This document shows, piece by piece, positions 47,501 through 57,460 of a stretch of DNA of 64,000 nt. Source of the DNA: a virus; IMG/VR virus record IMGVR_UViG_3300005613_000006, positions 1-64,000 of that record. The stretch is one strand, 5' to 3'. Each line of letters starts with the position of its first letter. Position 1 is the stretch's first letter. The notes under the pieces were generated by a model that had not been told where the DNA came from, did not search any database, and worked only from the letters and a program-made list of their open reading frames with translations. The position numbers and the translations under genes are program-made.

Positions 47501-50500
47501 TGCTCACCCCAGGCGAGTTTGTTATCAACAAACGTAGCGCCGACGCTATCGGTTTGAACAAGTTGAACCAACTCAATCGCGCCGACCGCAGCGCTGCGGG
47601 TGGTCGTATACAAGGCTTTGCCGATGGTGGTTTGGTGCAGCGTTTCCAGACAGGCGGCCAGACACAAGCAGCCGCCCAACAAGGAGGAAGCGGCCAGGGC
47701 TTGGCTCTGTTGTTTGCCATCACAGCAATCACCAGCGTAGCATCTAGCCTGACAGAAATGGACAGCGAGTTGGGTAAGACCATCAACACGTTGACCCAGT
47801 TCGCCCTCACCATTGTTACCCTTTCTACAGTCATGTCTAGTATCACCGGACTTGCTGGACAGGGAGGCTTGGTTGGAGCTATACAGAGAAGGTCGGCAGC
47901 GGCAGCGGCGGCACAGCAAGCGACGGGCCAACAATATCAACGTGCTGCGTTGCCGCGTGACCCTGGATTGGGTACATATACAAGTCGAGTCAGAGGAAGA
48001 GGGAGACCTTTTGAGGCTGAACGAACTGCCCGAGTGGCACAGCCGGGAGAAATCCCAGGCCAAAGTCCGGCAGACCGTCAAGCCGCGAGACAGGCCGCAC
48101 AAGCCGCAGCCGCGAGAGCCCCGGTTAGGACTCCGCGAGAAGCTGGTCTTGCTCAGGCCCCAACCTTTGGGACTGCACCAAGAAGAACTGTAGACACGGG
48201 CATTGCTCTCGGTGAACAGGCCGCTCGTCAAGACCGCAGAAGATTAACGGCAGGGCCAGGTTTAAGAGCCTTGGGCAGAGGATTGCGTAGAGCCGGTGCT
48301 GGTCTAGGCAGGATGGCTACTAATGCCAATGCAATGGCGGGAGCTGCAAGCGCGGCTACCGCAGCCCTGCTTATCTTTGGTCAGATGATGCAAAAACAAG
48401 CTGTGGAAGCAGCAAAAACTGCCGGTATTCAAAATGATGTAAATGCACTTCGCAAAGCGGAAGTTAAAGCAACCAAGGGCTGGGTTTTGGCCAAGGCTGG
48501 TCTTGGGGCTGGTGCTGGTGCTGCTATTGGTACACTTATAGCTCCTGGTATTGGAACCGCTATAGGTGCAGCTTTGGGTGGAGTCACAGGTGGTTTAATC
48601 GGCGCTTTGACGGACAACACCAAAGAAGTGCGCGCCGCGTTTAGAGCAGGCAGGGTAGAACAAACTACAGAACTTTTGACCGATTCTCTTAAAAGAGTTT
48701 TGACAGACAGAGCTACGCCAGGAGGAGCAGCCACAGCAGGCATTGGACAGGCTATTGAAGCCCAGATGGACGCCATCACCGAAGCTACGCTAGATGGTCG
48801 TAGAGAAGAAGCCGATTCTATACGCAAGGGCCTCAAGGGGCAACTGTCGCAGTTTGAGGCTTTGAGACAGAAGTTGATTGAGTCTAGTGCAAGCGTAGAA
48901 GAACTGGGGCGTGCGGGAAGAGGCGCTGGCAATATCTTGCTGCGACAAATTGCCTTTCAAACCAATCGAAGTTTCGCAGAGCTGCAACGAGAAACAGCCG
49001 AACTTATTCGCCAACACCAAGAGGCCGCTGCCGCTGCGCAACAAGTGTCTATCAGTTTGGGTGTTTTGGCCGACACCGCCCAAGCCACACAAATCTTCGC
49101 TGGGGCTGTGTCCGACTTAGAACAACAGACCAAGCGAGCCGCTGATACTGCCGGTATTTTTGCTGGTTTAGGAGCGGGGCGTGCCTCTGTGCCCGACTTC
49201 AAAGGAATCTTGGGAGCGCGAGCGTTTGAGCGCGCTGCCACTGGCCAAATTACAGAACAACAAGACCCGCAGTTGCGTTTGGCCATACGACAACTGTTGG
49301 GAACAGGCGAAGCTGCACAACGACTAGAGGGAGAAGTTCTGGCTATTGCTCAACTTACCCGAGAGTTGCCAGCCGTTCTGCGGGATTTGGCTAATGCCCC
49401 TCAGTTGGGAACCGAACAAGATTTAACTCGTCAGTTTTCTGACGCCATTACTGAAAAATTCCCACAAGTTGGGGATGAGCTGCTGGTTGTTATGACAGAC
49501 AGCCTGCGTCAAATCCAAAGAGAAGGTGGCCCTCCTGCGTTGATTCGCCGTATTCGTGCTGACGCGCGAAAAGTAGGTAATGAGCTAATTGGTGGGCGCG
49601 CCAACTTCTTGAAAGACTTGGACAAGGTACAACAAAGTTTCAACAACGTCGTCAAAACCATTAGCCAACTACAGAGCCAAGTATTTGACAGCGAAAAGCG
49701 TATTACCGACGCCAGAATCCAAGGGTCGAAGATTGCGCTGGCCAACGAAATTGCCTTGCGCAAGGCTCGACAGATTGAAGACCCCCTTCCATTAGACAGG
49801 CGCGTGGGCGCTATCCGTGAACAACAAGCTCAGAGAGTGGCGTTTACCGGACTTACGGGAGACCAAGCGCAAGACCCGCAGGCTCTTAGCCGTGCTATCC
49901 AAGGGATTACCGCACAAATCTTAGAGGCCCGTCGCCGTCTGTTTGACGCTTCTATCCAATCGCCAGAAGGCATTCAACAAGCCCAAGTAGAATTGGGTCG
50001 ATTGGTCAATACATCGGCTGTGCTTCGACAAGCCTTGCAAAATTTGGCCACCAGCACTGAAGAGTTCGCGGCGGTTCAAGACGAATTGTCTCGTCTACAG
50101 TCTGAACGTCAAGCGAGACAGGACTTTGTGGTTGACTACTTTGGCAGCACTCGACAACAACAAGTTGAAATAACACGCACGTTGGCTCAAACCTTTGTGG
50201 CGGGCACACGTAATTCATTCGATACATTTACAGAGCAACAGCGCATTGCTATTATTCGCTTTGTTAAGACGTTACGACAAGGTGAAAGAATCGCTGCTTT
50301 GCAAGACAGAACGTCGCGAGAGTTCTTGCGTGACGTTATCGGGGGCACTACGTTTATGAGTGGCGCTCCCATCCCGCCGGAGTTGAGCGACTTGTTTGTT
50401 CAACAGTTTGACCCGTCCTCAGAAGAGGAGCAATTAGCCAATACTCTTGAGCGGCTAGCTGAACGCCAAGCTACAGCCAATGAAGAACTTCGCAAGATTT

Positions 50501-53500
50501 TGGGAGACAACAACAATACGTTGGTCAATAATCTCAACAGCGCCAACGCTCAACAAATAGCTGACATGGCTAGTGACCGCGACCAGCTTGTAAATGGGCT
50601 GAATCAATCGTTTGGTAATTTCTTGCAACAGTTTACTCAGAGACAAAACCAATTTACTGCTGCTAGATTTGAAGCCCGTATTACTGGCGTTGAAACAGCC
50701 AAAACAGCCGCCGAGAAAAATCTGAAAGCAGCAGAACTTGCACAGCAGTTTGCGCGCAATTTAGGCTCAGACTTTGCGGGCTTGACGGAATCAGTCAATC
50801 TTATGAGAGACGTTGCGAGAATTTTTGACGATGTGTCCAAAGCGAGGGAGCAAGAGCAAGTACAACCGCGTATCCGAGAAGCTATCGGCAAGATTGTGGG
50901 CGACATTGAAGTTGCTGTGAAGAAGGGCGTAACTGTTCAAGCTGAAGAGTTGGATGCTTTGTTTGCTGGTCAAGCCGAGGCCCTTGGCCCTGAGACCGAC
51001 AGAATGCCGCTCGGAGCCGCTGGTCGTTCTTTGCAATTTGAATTTTTGAGAGAACTGAGTGAGCCTTTCAAAAGACAGCTTAGAGACCGATTGTTGGCAT
51101 ACCAACAAGCTATTGAAGAACCTTTGACTTATTGGGAGTCTGTTAGAGCTGGCCTTGGCGGAGTTGGCCAGGGAGACATCGACATAAGCGATATTGACCG
51201 CCTGCGCCGTCAAGTTGGTCGAGGCACCAAAATTGGTGCAAGGTTTAGGCTTGCCCGTAGAAATGCTGGCGTGGGGGATGTTCGTGGGGCTTTTGCTGTG
51301 AACACTATTAAGGTGTTGGAAGAGAGGGCTCGTAAAAGTAGAGCATCTGTGCAAGAAGACTTGGCTGGTGTTATCGACACCGAAACCACAAAGTTGCAGG
51401 GCAACATATTTGATTGGCGGAAGGCCATCAAAGATTTGGGCATTTCTGTTGAACAGTACGACCAGTTGGTAAGAGGAGACCAAATTGAGTCGATTCAGAA
51501 AATTACTGAACAGCTTCGAGGCATAGATGTTTCCAAACTGCCAGATACAGTTAATTCATTACAGGGAGAACTGGATAAATTGGCCGCAGCCTTGGAGACC
51601 TTTAACGAGAAGGTTGCCGCTGAAAACAAAGAGGCACAACAACTAAACCAGCAGGCGGTGGCCCCGCCAGCCGGTGTTCCTGTTCCACGCCGCGCCCAAG
51701 GTGGCCCCATCTTCCGCAGACGCGGAACCGATACCGTTCCGGCCATGCTGACCCCCGGCGAGTTCATCGTGAACGCCGCTGCCACGCGCCGCAACCTTCC
51801 TACATTGCAAAGCATTAACCGTGGTGTAGATTACAAGGCTGCCGGTGGCTTGGTGCAATACCTACAAGACGGAGGCGCGGCTCAGGATGTGCAGCCGGTC
51901 ATGGCTGACCCCAACACTGGAAGAGAAGTGATTCAACTTCTACGGCAGATTGCTCAAAACACATCGCGGCCAGCTACAAGACTTGCTACAGGAGGCGCAG
52001 TATTCAAGCCGCGCGGCACAGATACGGTTCCTGCTATGCTTACTCCTGGTGAGTTTGTCGTCAACCGCAAAGCAACACAGCAAAACCGAGGGCTCTTGGA
52101 AGCCATCAACAAAGGAAGCAACGTAGTACATGCTGCGGGTGGGGGCGTTGTGTACGCACAAGCTGGCGGCGAGATACGTCTTAGCTCCAACATTCCAACA
52201 CGAGGCCCAATCTGGGAGGCGTATTTGGAATGGGTACAGAGAAAATACCCCGACCTGTTTGACGATGCTCAAACGCCAGAAGATATTAGCAGGGTTGCCC
52301 GTGCAAGAAATAGACCAGAGTTTTCTGAGGAGACTATTGCTGCTCAACGCAGGGGTCAAAAGCCACAGTTTACTGAGCAAGACGTAAACGAACTGCGTCG
52401 TGTTAGCCAACTAAGGGATGAGTTCCGCCAGTCAACAGCTTATCGTGTCGCGGTTGAAGAACAAAAGCTGGCAAACGACAAGCGCAGAGAAGACCGCCGC
52501 GCAGCCAGCGGCATCCTCCCAATGGAACAACGTCTCAAGATGCTTGGTCGTGTTCCGTATGCAGAGAGACAGCGCAGACGGTATGGAGTTCCCTTGGCAG
52601 ACCGTCAAAGGGCTCTTATTCGTAGAAGATGGGCCGAGGCCAACGCTCGTCGGCAAAGACTGGGCAAACGTCCATTGCCACCACCTCCTCAACTACGAGG
52701 CCAAACGGAAGAGGATAAGAAAAGAGAAGAGGCAGCACGAGCGCCACTACAAGTCAAAGACGTTGCGGGTTTCCAGATTCGAGCAATCAACGAGTCGCGC
52801 ATCCGAGAAATCGCACGTTATACTTCATTAACTGGCAGCAACGCTAGGGATGAAGACCAGAAGTTTATTGCCACGCTGACCGGCGATGAAAAGGCTTTTG
52901 GTAGCTATCTATGGAATAAGTCAAGAGACGCCAGGGCAAAAAGCGTAGAAACTGTTACTGACAAGTTGTCTCGCAATGAAATTTTGACGCCTCAAGATAA
53001 CAGCTTGTTGGATAATCTAACTCGGAGTGAACGAGTCGGTATCGAAGCCGACGCGCAGAGACGCAGGAAGAGAGCTAAAGCCGACGCCTTAGCTGCCAAA
53101 CCTCCTGGGCCGCTGTCAGACGAAGAGTTGAACTTCTTTAGAAGTTTGTCTCCGGCTCAAAAAGACTATGTGCTTCAAAAAAGAAGAGCTGAATATATTG
53201 GTATTGCCACTGGTGACGATGTGGATGCGAGGACTGTAGAAATTGACAGGCTGGCTCGTAAAGCGCTCAAATCACCGGACCTATTGACTGAGACAGAACG
53301 AGAGTTCATCAACAACCTAGATGAAGACAGCCGTAAACTTGGAAGCGCGTTGCTGCGGTTAGAACGTAAGCAACAGGTAGACAGGCAACTACGCATCGAC
53401 CAACTGGCTTTGAAACTTCGTTCAAAGATTGCTGCTGAAAGAGATGTGGCTGCTGGGAAAGACATCGGATTTGACCCGAGCGTACTTCCTGATTTAACAG

Positions 53501-54435
53501 ACGATGAGAAACGGTTTTTCAACACTCTCACAGCCGCAGAGAAAGACCGCCTCAAACGTCGAACAGAGGCGGCTCGTCGAGCAGGTTTTAATACCGTAGA
53601 ATTGTTTGCTCGCGGGGGCGTTGTCCCAGGCATCGGTCATCAAGACATAGTTCCAGCTATGCTGACGCCAGGCGAATTGGTGATTCCAAAGAAGCAAGTA
53701 CAGCACATGGCCCAAGGTGGCATCGTACAGTATTTGCAGAATGGAGGGCCAAGCCGCACCACAACCACTACTTTTGACACAAACACTGGTATGCCTATTG
53801 AAGTAATGGCTAAGGTCGATTTGGAAACCAAGGTCGTCAAGCTAGAAGACAACACAGTAATGCTAGACGCTGGTAGCGCAGCCTCTATGGACGCGCTGGC
53901 CGCCGCTCTTGTAGCGTTTGGTCCGTCCAGCACAGCTTTGGCAACGGCGCTGGCCGGTTTTAACGCCGCCGGTCTTACCGAAGCCGTCACGGGATTCAAC
54001 ACTTCAGTTGGACAGTTGACAACCGCACTGGCTCCCCTGACCGCATTGCAAAACCTCAACCTACAACAACCCGTAGCTGAGTTTGGTGGATATGTGTCGG
54101 CGTTCGGCAACCAAGCCGGAGTCTTTGGTCTTCATGTTGGAACCTTTGGCACACAGGTCGCAGGATTTGGAACACAGGTTTCCAATATGCAAAATGCCTT
54201 CAACTCGTTCACCACGAACCTCGACCCATTGATTGGTCGCTTTGAGGAGGTTGTTGGGGGGTTCCCAGACACCGTGGCAGTTACAGTAACACACGGAGAC
54301 CTCAATGTGAACGTCTTTGGTTTGGATGGCTTGTCTGCCGACCTTGAAGACACTCTTGTAGGAGGCATTCAAGACCGCGTGATGGCAGCAGTCAAGGAAG
54401 AGTTTAGGAACTGGGGAACTGAAGGAGGAACGTAA
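44566..54435 (+). CDS. tape measure protein (3289 aa, multidomain)
   Basis: TP901-type TMP core (AIDFERQLIKVAQV...ESADSIATGFRTIFTRI), A/G-rich helices, TM-like segments. Confidence 0.92.
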   Translation: MAQQFNIVAQLSLRGPTNLAQVQRRIQAGLRNIRADVQVNIGRGAQRGLQRTNRQLRDVANTLALVTGNAQAAAAALTNVGAAYGAAAGGGAAAARGASQTAGAMSNVAGAAGAATSSMQEFGRISALAVRRFLAFSIPAGIVVGLIVNIRQGVKAAIDFERQLIKVAQVTGKTTGSLADLTGEVTRLATTFGVASADLLNVSRILAQTGLSAKDTEIALQALAKSDLAPTFDSIEQTAEGAIAAMRQFGIEAKDLEAALGSINAVAGQFAVESGDITSALRRTGGAFQAAGGEINELIALFTSVRATTRESADSIATGFRTIFTRIQRPRTIEFLRDLGIELQDLQGRFVGPFETVRRLNLALRELDPRDVRYSQIIEQLGGFRQVSKVIPLIQQFDTAQQALAVAIGGTNSLTEDAATAQQALAVQAAKVGEQFQALFRRITGSSTFQVIARSALQLASGFSKVLETLEPLLPLLTSLVGLKLAQVGTQFGLGFIGGLRNVGTAAAGVAAAGPGTQQAATQQQRQSTVTTANTTAISSNTTILTTLNTTLTTLTTAVNNLTQRIGGLGGGGVRRPARGGRIHKFARGGLVPGVGNGDTVSAQLEPGEFVIRKKAVESIGADQLAGMNRKAAGGRISIEGKPGTDYAGFFFRPVGKRDLKERARYNRTFANAPRVADIANQKMLELGFSGLKAVQPGGVIPVTGGPGKRKGPIDFKALGVTKKGMFQQLKARGAISPKQAESSWVPTAANFEGKTVNKQFFASVKAEGGAVVRGTGTGTSRVTTADVGSAEKIGRPVGMGISVGVRSRFKKVSDAYLVRFLQGFTTGRKPAMPKPLGGGALSVGKATEIMNKIGVESLQGGMFEGMIDAVAGGVQAGTGKGGFFDHVVPNMKNKRAVDSLFSDDKTIDRIKYADAKRTRTNQQISSLVKKAVNTFPTDRNSFNVLYDLPKRITDKNKGKPKRIELAKGGPTTDTVPAMLTPGEFVINKRSADAIGLNKLNQLNRADRSAAGGRIQGFADGGLVQRFQTGGQTQAAAQQGGSGQGLALLFAITAITSVASSLTEMDSELGKTINTLTQFALTIVTLSTVMSSITGLAGQGGLVGAIQRRSAAAAAAQQATGQQYQRAALPRDPGLGTYTSRVRGRGRPFEAERTARVAQPGEIPGQSPADRQAARQAAQAAAARAPVRTPREAGLAQAPTFGTAPRRTVDTGIALGEQAARQDRRRLTAGPGLRALGRGLRRAGAGLGRMATNANAMAGAASAATAALLIFGQMMQKQAVEAAKTAGIQNDVNALRKAEVKATKGWVLAKAGLGAGAGAAIGTLIAPGIGTAIGAALGGVTGGLIGALTDNTKEVRAAFRAGRVEQTTELLTDSLKRVLTDRATPGGAATAGIGQAIEAQMDAITEATLDGRREEADSIRKGLKGQLSQFEALRQKLIESSASVEELGRAGRGAGNILLRQIAFQTNRSFAELQRETAELIRQHQEAAAAAQQVSISLGVLADTAQATQIFAGAVSDLEQQTKRAADTAGIFAGLGAGRASVPDFKGILGARAFERAATGQITEQQDPQLRLAIRQLLGTGEAAQRLEGEVLAIAQLTRELPAVLRDLANAPQLGTEQDLTRQFSDAITEKFPQVGDELLVVMTDSLRQIQREGGPPALIRRIRADARKVGNELIGGRANFLKDLDKVQQSFNNVVKTISQLQSQVFDSEKRITDARIQGSKIALANEIALRKARQIEDPLPLDRRVGAIREQQAQRVAFTGLTGDQAQDPQALSRAIQGITAQILEARRRLFDASIQSPEGIQQAQVELGRLVNTSAVLRQALQNLATSTEEFAAVQDELSRLQSERQARQDFVVDYFGSTRQQQVEITRTLAQTFVAGTRNSFDTFTEQQRIAIIRFVKTLRQGERIAALQDRTSREFLRDVIGGTTFMSGAPIPPELSDLFVQQFDPSSEEEQLANTLERLAERQATANEELRKILGDNNNTLVNNLNSANAQQIADMASDRDQLVNGLNQSFGNFLQQFTQRQNQFTAARFEARITGVETAKTAAEKNLKAAELAQQFARNLGSDFAGLTESVNLMRDVARIFDDVSKAREQEQVQPRIREAIGKIVGDIEVAVKKGVTVQAEELDALFAGQAEALGPETDRMPLGAAGRSLQFEFLRELSEPFKRQLRDRLLAYQQAIEEPLTYWESVRAGLGGVGQGDIDISDIDRLRRQVGRGTKIGARFRLARRNAGVGDVRGAFAVNTIKVLEERARKSRASVQEDLAGVIDTETTKLQGNIFDWRKAIKDLGISVEQYDQLVRGDQIESIQKITEQLRGIDVSKLPDTVNSLQGELDKLAAALETFNEKVAAENKEAQQLNQQAVAPPAGVPVPRRAQGGPIFRRRGTDTVPAMLTPGEFIVNAAATRRNLPTLQSINRGVDYKAAGGLVQYLQDGGAAQDVQPVMADPNTGREVIQLLRQIAQNTSRPATRLATGGAVFKPRGTDTVPAMLTPGEFVVNRKATQQNRGLLEAINKGSNVVHAAGGGVVYAQAGGEIRLSSNIPTRGPIWEAYLEWVQRKYPDLFDDAQTPEDISRVARARNRPEFSEETIAAQRRGQKPQFTEQDVNELRRVSQLRDEFRQSTAYRVAVEEQKLANDKRREDRRAASGILPMEQRLKMLGRVPYAERQRRRYGVPLADRQRALIRRRWAEANARRQRLGKRPLPPPPQLRGQTEEDKKREEAARAPLQVKDVAGFQIRAINESRIREIARYTSLTGSNARDEDQKFIATLTGDEKAFGSYLWNKSRDARAKSVETVTDKLSRNEILTPQDNSLLDNLTRSERVGIEADAQRRRKRAKADALAAKPPGPLSDEELNFFRSLSPAQKDYVLQKRRAEYIGIATGDDVDARTVEIDRLARKALKSPDLLTETEREFINNLDEDSRKLGSALLRLERKQQVDRQLRIDQLALKLRSKIAAERDVAAGKDIGFDPSVLPDLTDDEKRFFNTLTAAEKDRLKRRTEAARRAGFNTVELFARGGVVPGIGHQDIVPAMLTPGELVIPKKQVQHMAQGGIVQYLQNGGPSRTTTTTFDTNTGMPIEVMAKVDLETKVVKLEDNTVMLDAGSAASMDALAAALVAFGPSSTALATALAGFNAAGLTEAVTGFNTSVGQLTTALAPLTALQNLNLQQPVAEFGGYVSAFGNQAGVFGLHVGTFGTQVAGFGTQVSNMQNAFNSFTTNLDPLIGRFEEVVGGFPDTVAVTVTHGDLNVNVFGLDGLSADLEDTLVGGIQDRVMAAVKEEFRNWGTEGGT

Positions 54436-55130
54436 TGGCTACGGACAACGATGGCATTACGCTATTTATGAACGGTTGGGCTCCGACCGTCAACACATAC
54501 ACAACGCTACATATCGTAGGCGCGTCCACGCCGGGCGCTGAGTTTATCGGAGAGAGCATCCCGCTCTATATCGACAGCCCCGGCACCTTTAATAGCAGGA
54601 CGCTCTACATCGAAGGACACGACCCCTTGGGGCCGTATCGCAACAACAGCATTACGCTTGTCATCAACTCCGAGCCCCCGATGGTGACGGATGCGATTCC
54701 GCTGTATACGACGGCTCCCGAGGGCACAGACGAGTGGCTGCGACTATCCATCAACGGGGAGGGTGAAAACGACGGCTTCTTTCCGATGGGCGAAGGAATC
54801 CCCTTATTCATCAATCGCGTGAATGAAACGCATGTGATGCCCCTCTTCCTCAAGGCGGCAGATGGCGTGGCCAACACGTATGCTCCGCTGTATGTATGCG
54901 GAGCCATACCAGACGACGACAATATCCCACTGGTGATAGAAGGTGCCCAGCCCATCAACACCTTTATCCCGCTGGTCTGCTGGAACGACCCAGTACCACT
55001 GAACACCTTCATGCCGCTGTTGATTTTGGGCGCGATAGGCATAGAGGTAGACTCAATTACACTGGCAATGCCGAACACGCATGGCACAGTGGACGAACCC
55101 AAAGTAATACTCTACACTGACGGACACTAA
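54435..55130 (+). CDS. repeat-rich tail-associated protein
   Basis: many I/M-P-L-Y/F-I repeats at about 14-17 aa spacing. Confidence 0.6.
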   Translation: MATDNDGITLFMNGWAPTVNTYTTLHIVGASTPGAEFIGESIPLYIDSPGTFNSRTLYIEGHDPLGPYRNNSITLVINSEPPMVTDAIPLYTTAPEGTDEWLRLSINGEGENDGFFPMGEGIPLFINRVNETHVMPLFLKAADGVANTYAPLYVCGAIPDDDNIPLVIEGAQPINTFIPLVCWNDPVPLNTFMPLLILGAIGIEVDSITLAMPNTHGTVDEPKVILYTDGH

Positions 55131-55132
55131 TC

Positions 55133-57451
55133 ATGGCAGCAACCGGATATGGAACAGTCGTTTACAACGGCAAACGTATCATCCCTGGTCCGTATGTAAC
55201 GGCTACGAAAGAATACAACCGCACTGAAGACGGTAAGAAGACCAGTGCGAAGATTACATTTACTCTCAACGGCACCCTTGTCGCTTGCCGTGGTTCTGCC
55301 GGTACGTACACAGGCGGCGACTACCCCGCCGACGATACAGGCTGCTGCAAGTTCGAGGACATTCTGGTTAAACAGGACCAGCTTCGAGAACTCTTTGACA
55401 CCGACTATCAATACTTCGAGCTGCGTAGCTATGAAACCGACCCACCATTTGCCGCACATCGCTGGCGCGTTCGGGTTGAGAGTATTGAGTTTGAAGAAGG
55501 CCCGTGGGTTGACAAGTGCGACTATACGGTTGTGCTTACGCACCAGTTGGAAGAGGATGGGCCGGTGGACTTCACCGAAACCTGGACTCTGGAAACCAAC
55601 GACGACGACATCCCATGCACCTACAGGCTGACGCACGATGTCTCTGCTAAGTTTGACGAGTGGTGGAACAGCGTGGGTGGTGACACCGACCCAGGTTTTG
55701 AGCGAGCAATGGACTGGCTCAAGAATCACGTATCAGGATATGATGGCACAACCGGCATCAACAACAGCCGCGTATACGCCCCATCTGTCTACGGTTTTCA
55801 AGTCCCTGTCAGCTTTGATTCATACAACTACACACGCAGCGAGACCATTGACGAGACAGGCGGTTCTTACAGTCTGTCGGAGTCATGGATACTCAGCGAA
55901 GATGCCGCGAGACAAATCGAGAGTATCACGGTCACCAAGACCAGTGAAGAGAACAGGGTAACGGCCTCTGTTGAAGGTACGATTACGCCGCTCCGGCCCG
56001 CAAAGGATTGCGACTGTGAATCAACCGCCGCCGAAGCCCTGTATAACTCAAACGGATTGCCAAGCCAAGCCCTGGTCCGAGCCCAAACAGCCGTCAACTT
56101 CCTGGGTTATGTGGACGAGAACGGCGACCCGGTATCACTGGGCGACTGCATCAAATCCCAGACCACCACATTCAACGACGCCGATTGCAGTATCAGTTAC
56201 TCGTATGAGTTCAGCGATGCGGAGGACGTTGAAGAAACGGTCACGGTCACGGTCTCGAACGACCGGGAGAACTGTGAGAAACAGACAATTAGCGTGTCGG
56301 GCACCCTGCAAGGCTACGACTGTGTTGGTACAACCGCGTGGGAAAACGTCCTTGATAAATGGGCTACAGATTATGGCAGTGGGGCAAATGTCTATGATAT
56401 AGCCAATGCCTATTACAGCGGCACTGGTACATTAGGTACAACCCCAGTATCTACATCTATCACATACAATGAAAGCAACAACCAGCTATCGTTTGAGTAT
56501 GTGTATGACGACTGGCCAGACAACTTCACCCAAGACCTAACTGTAACCGTTGCATATTCTCAGGATGACTGTGGCATAGGAACAGTTACCGTAGAAGGTA
56601 CGTTGAAGGGCCTATGCGACGCCACTGAGGACGCATGGAAGAACGTGCAAGACCAATGGGCTTTGCTTGAGCCAACACTGCTGAGTATTGCTCAAAGCTA
56701 TGAGCCAGACGCCAATCAGTTGGTGCGAACGTCGGTTAGCTACAATGAGTTTGGCAAGACCATTTCGTTCTCTTATGAGTATAGCACGCGCCAAGAAGAT
56801 GCTATTGTGGAGTACACCACAGAGGTATCTGATGCCTTCGACACATGTTTGCAGACCGTCACAGTCTCGGGTAGCGTCAAGGGATACTGCACCGACCCGG
56901 ACGACCCCGACTCTGCCTACAATAACGCCGTCACGGTGTATAATACTGATGTAGCCCCGAACATTTTGACCTGGGCGAATGGTGCGTATACCGGCAGTGG
57001 CTCGCTGGATACGTTGCCCACACGACAGAGCAAGGGTGAGAACAGGCGAACGGGCACCATCACGTTCAGCTTCACATACAACGACCGCCCCGCCAAGTGT
57101 CTGACCGACGTACTAACCGAGTCCATCAACTGGCAGCATCAGCATCCAGGTGATATGTTCGCCATTGTGCCAGTGCTTGGGCGCACCAATGGTCCCATTC
57201 TACAGGACAAGGGCACGGTCAAGGAGATGCGCTCGACCCTGAGTATCGAGGCTACTGTGTGTCCCGTGGGTAGCTGTGACTTTATGACCAACCCAGCGGT
57301 GAAGACTGAAGTAGACGCGCTGGTGGCGTCGGCAGAGGCCAGTCTACAAGCATCGTATACAATAGTGTTCAAAGAGAGTGATTCGGAAGGCTGGAATCCT
57401 TCGACAGGACGATACAGCAGGACTATAACATGGGTGTATGGACAATGTTAG
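55133..57451 (+). CDS. distal tail/baseplate protein with tandem ~90-aa domains
   Basis: repeated (T/I)SVSGTLQG...A...SITYNE...ISYSYEF units; post-TMP position. Confidence 0.65.
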   Translation: MAATGYGTVVYNGKRIIPGPYVTATKEYNRTEDGKKTSAKITFTLNGTLVACRGSAGTYTGGDYPADDTGCCKFEDILVKQDQLRELFDTDYQYFELRSYETDPPFAAHRWRVRVESIEFEEGPWVDKCDYTVVLTHQLEEDGPVDFTETWTLETNDDDIPCTYRLTHDVSAKFDEWWNSVGGDTDPGFERAMDWLKNHVSGYDGTTGINNSRVYAPSVYGFQVPVSFDSYNYTRSETIDETGGSYSLSESWILSEDAARQIESITVTKTSEENRVTASVEGTITPLRPAKDCDCESTAAEALYNSNGLPSQALVRAQTAVNFLGYVDENGDPVSLGDCIKSQTTTFNDADCSISYSYEFSDAEDVEETVTVTVSNDRENCEKQTISVSGTLQGYDCVGTTAWENVLDKWATDYGSGANVYDIANAYYSGTGTLGTTPVSTSITYNESNNQLSFEYVYDDWPDNFTQDLTVTVAYSQDDCGIGTVTVEGTLKGLCDATEDAWKNVQDQWALLEPTLLSIAQSYEPDANQLVRTSVSYNEFGKTISFSYEYSTRQEDAIVEYTTEVSDAFDTCLQTVTVSGSVKGYCTDPDDPDSAYNNAVTVYNTDVAPNILTWANGAYTGSGSLDTLPTRQSKGENRRTGTITFSFTYNDRPAKCLTDVLTESINWQHQHPGDMFAIVPVLGRTNGPILQDKGTVKEMRSTLSIEATVCPVGSCDFMTNPAVKTEVDALVASAEASLQASYTIVFKESDSEGWNPSTGRYSRTITWVYGQC

Positions 57452-57460
57452 GAGTAAATT

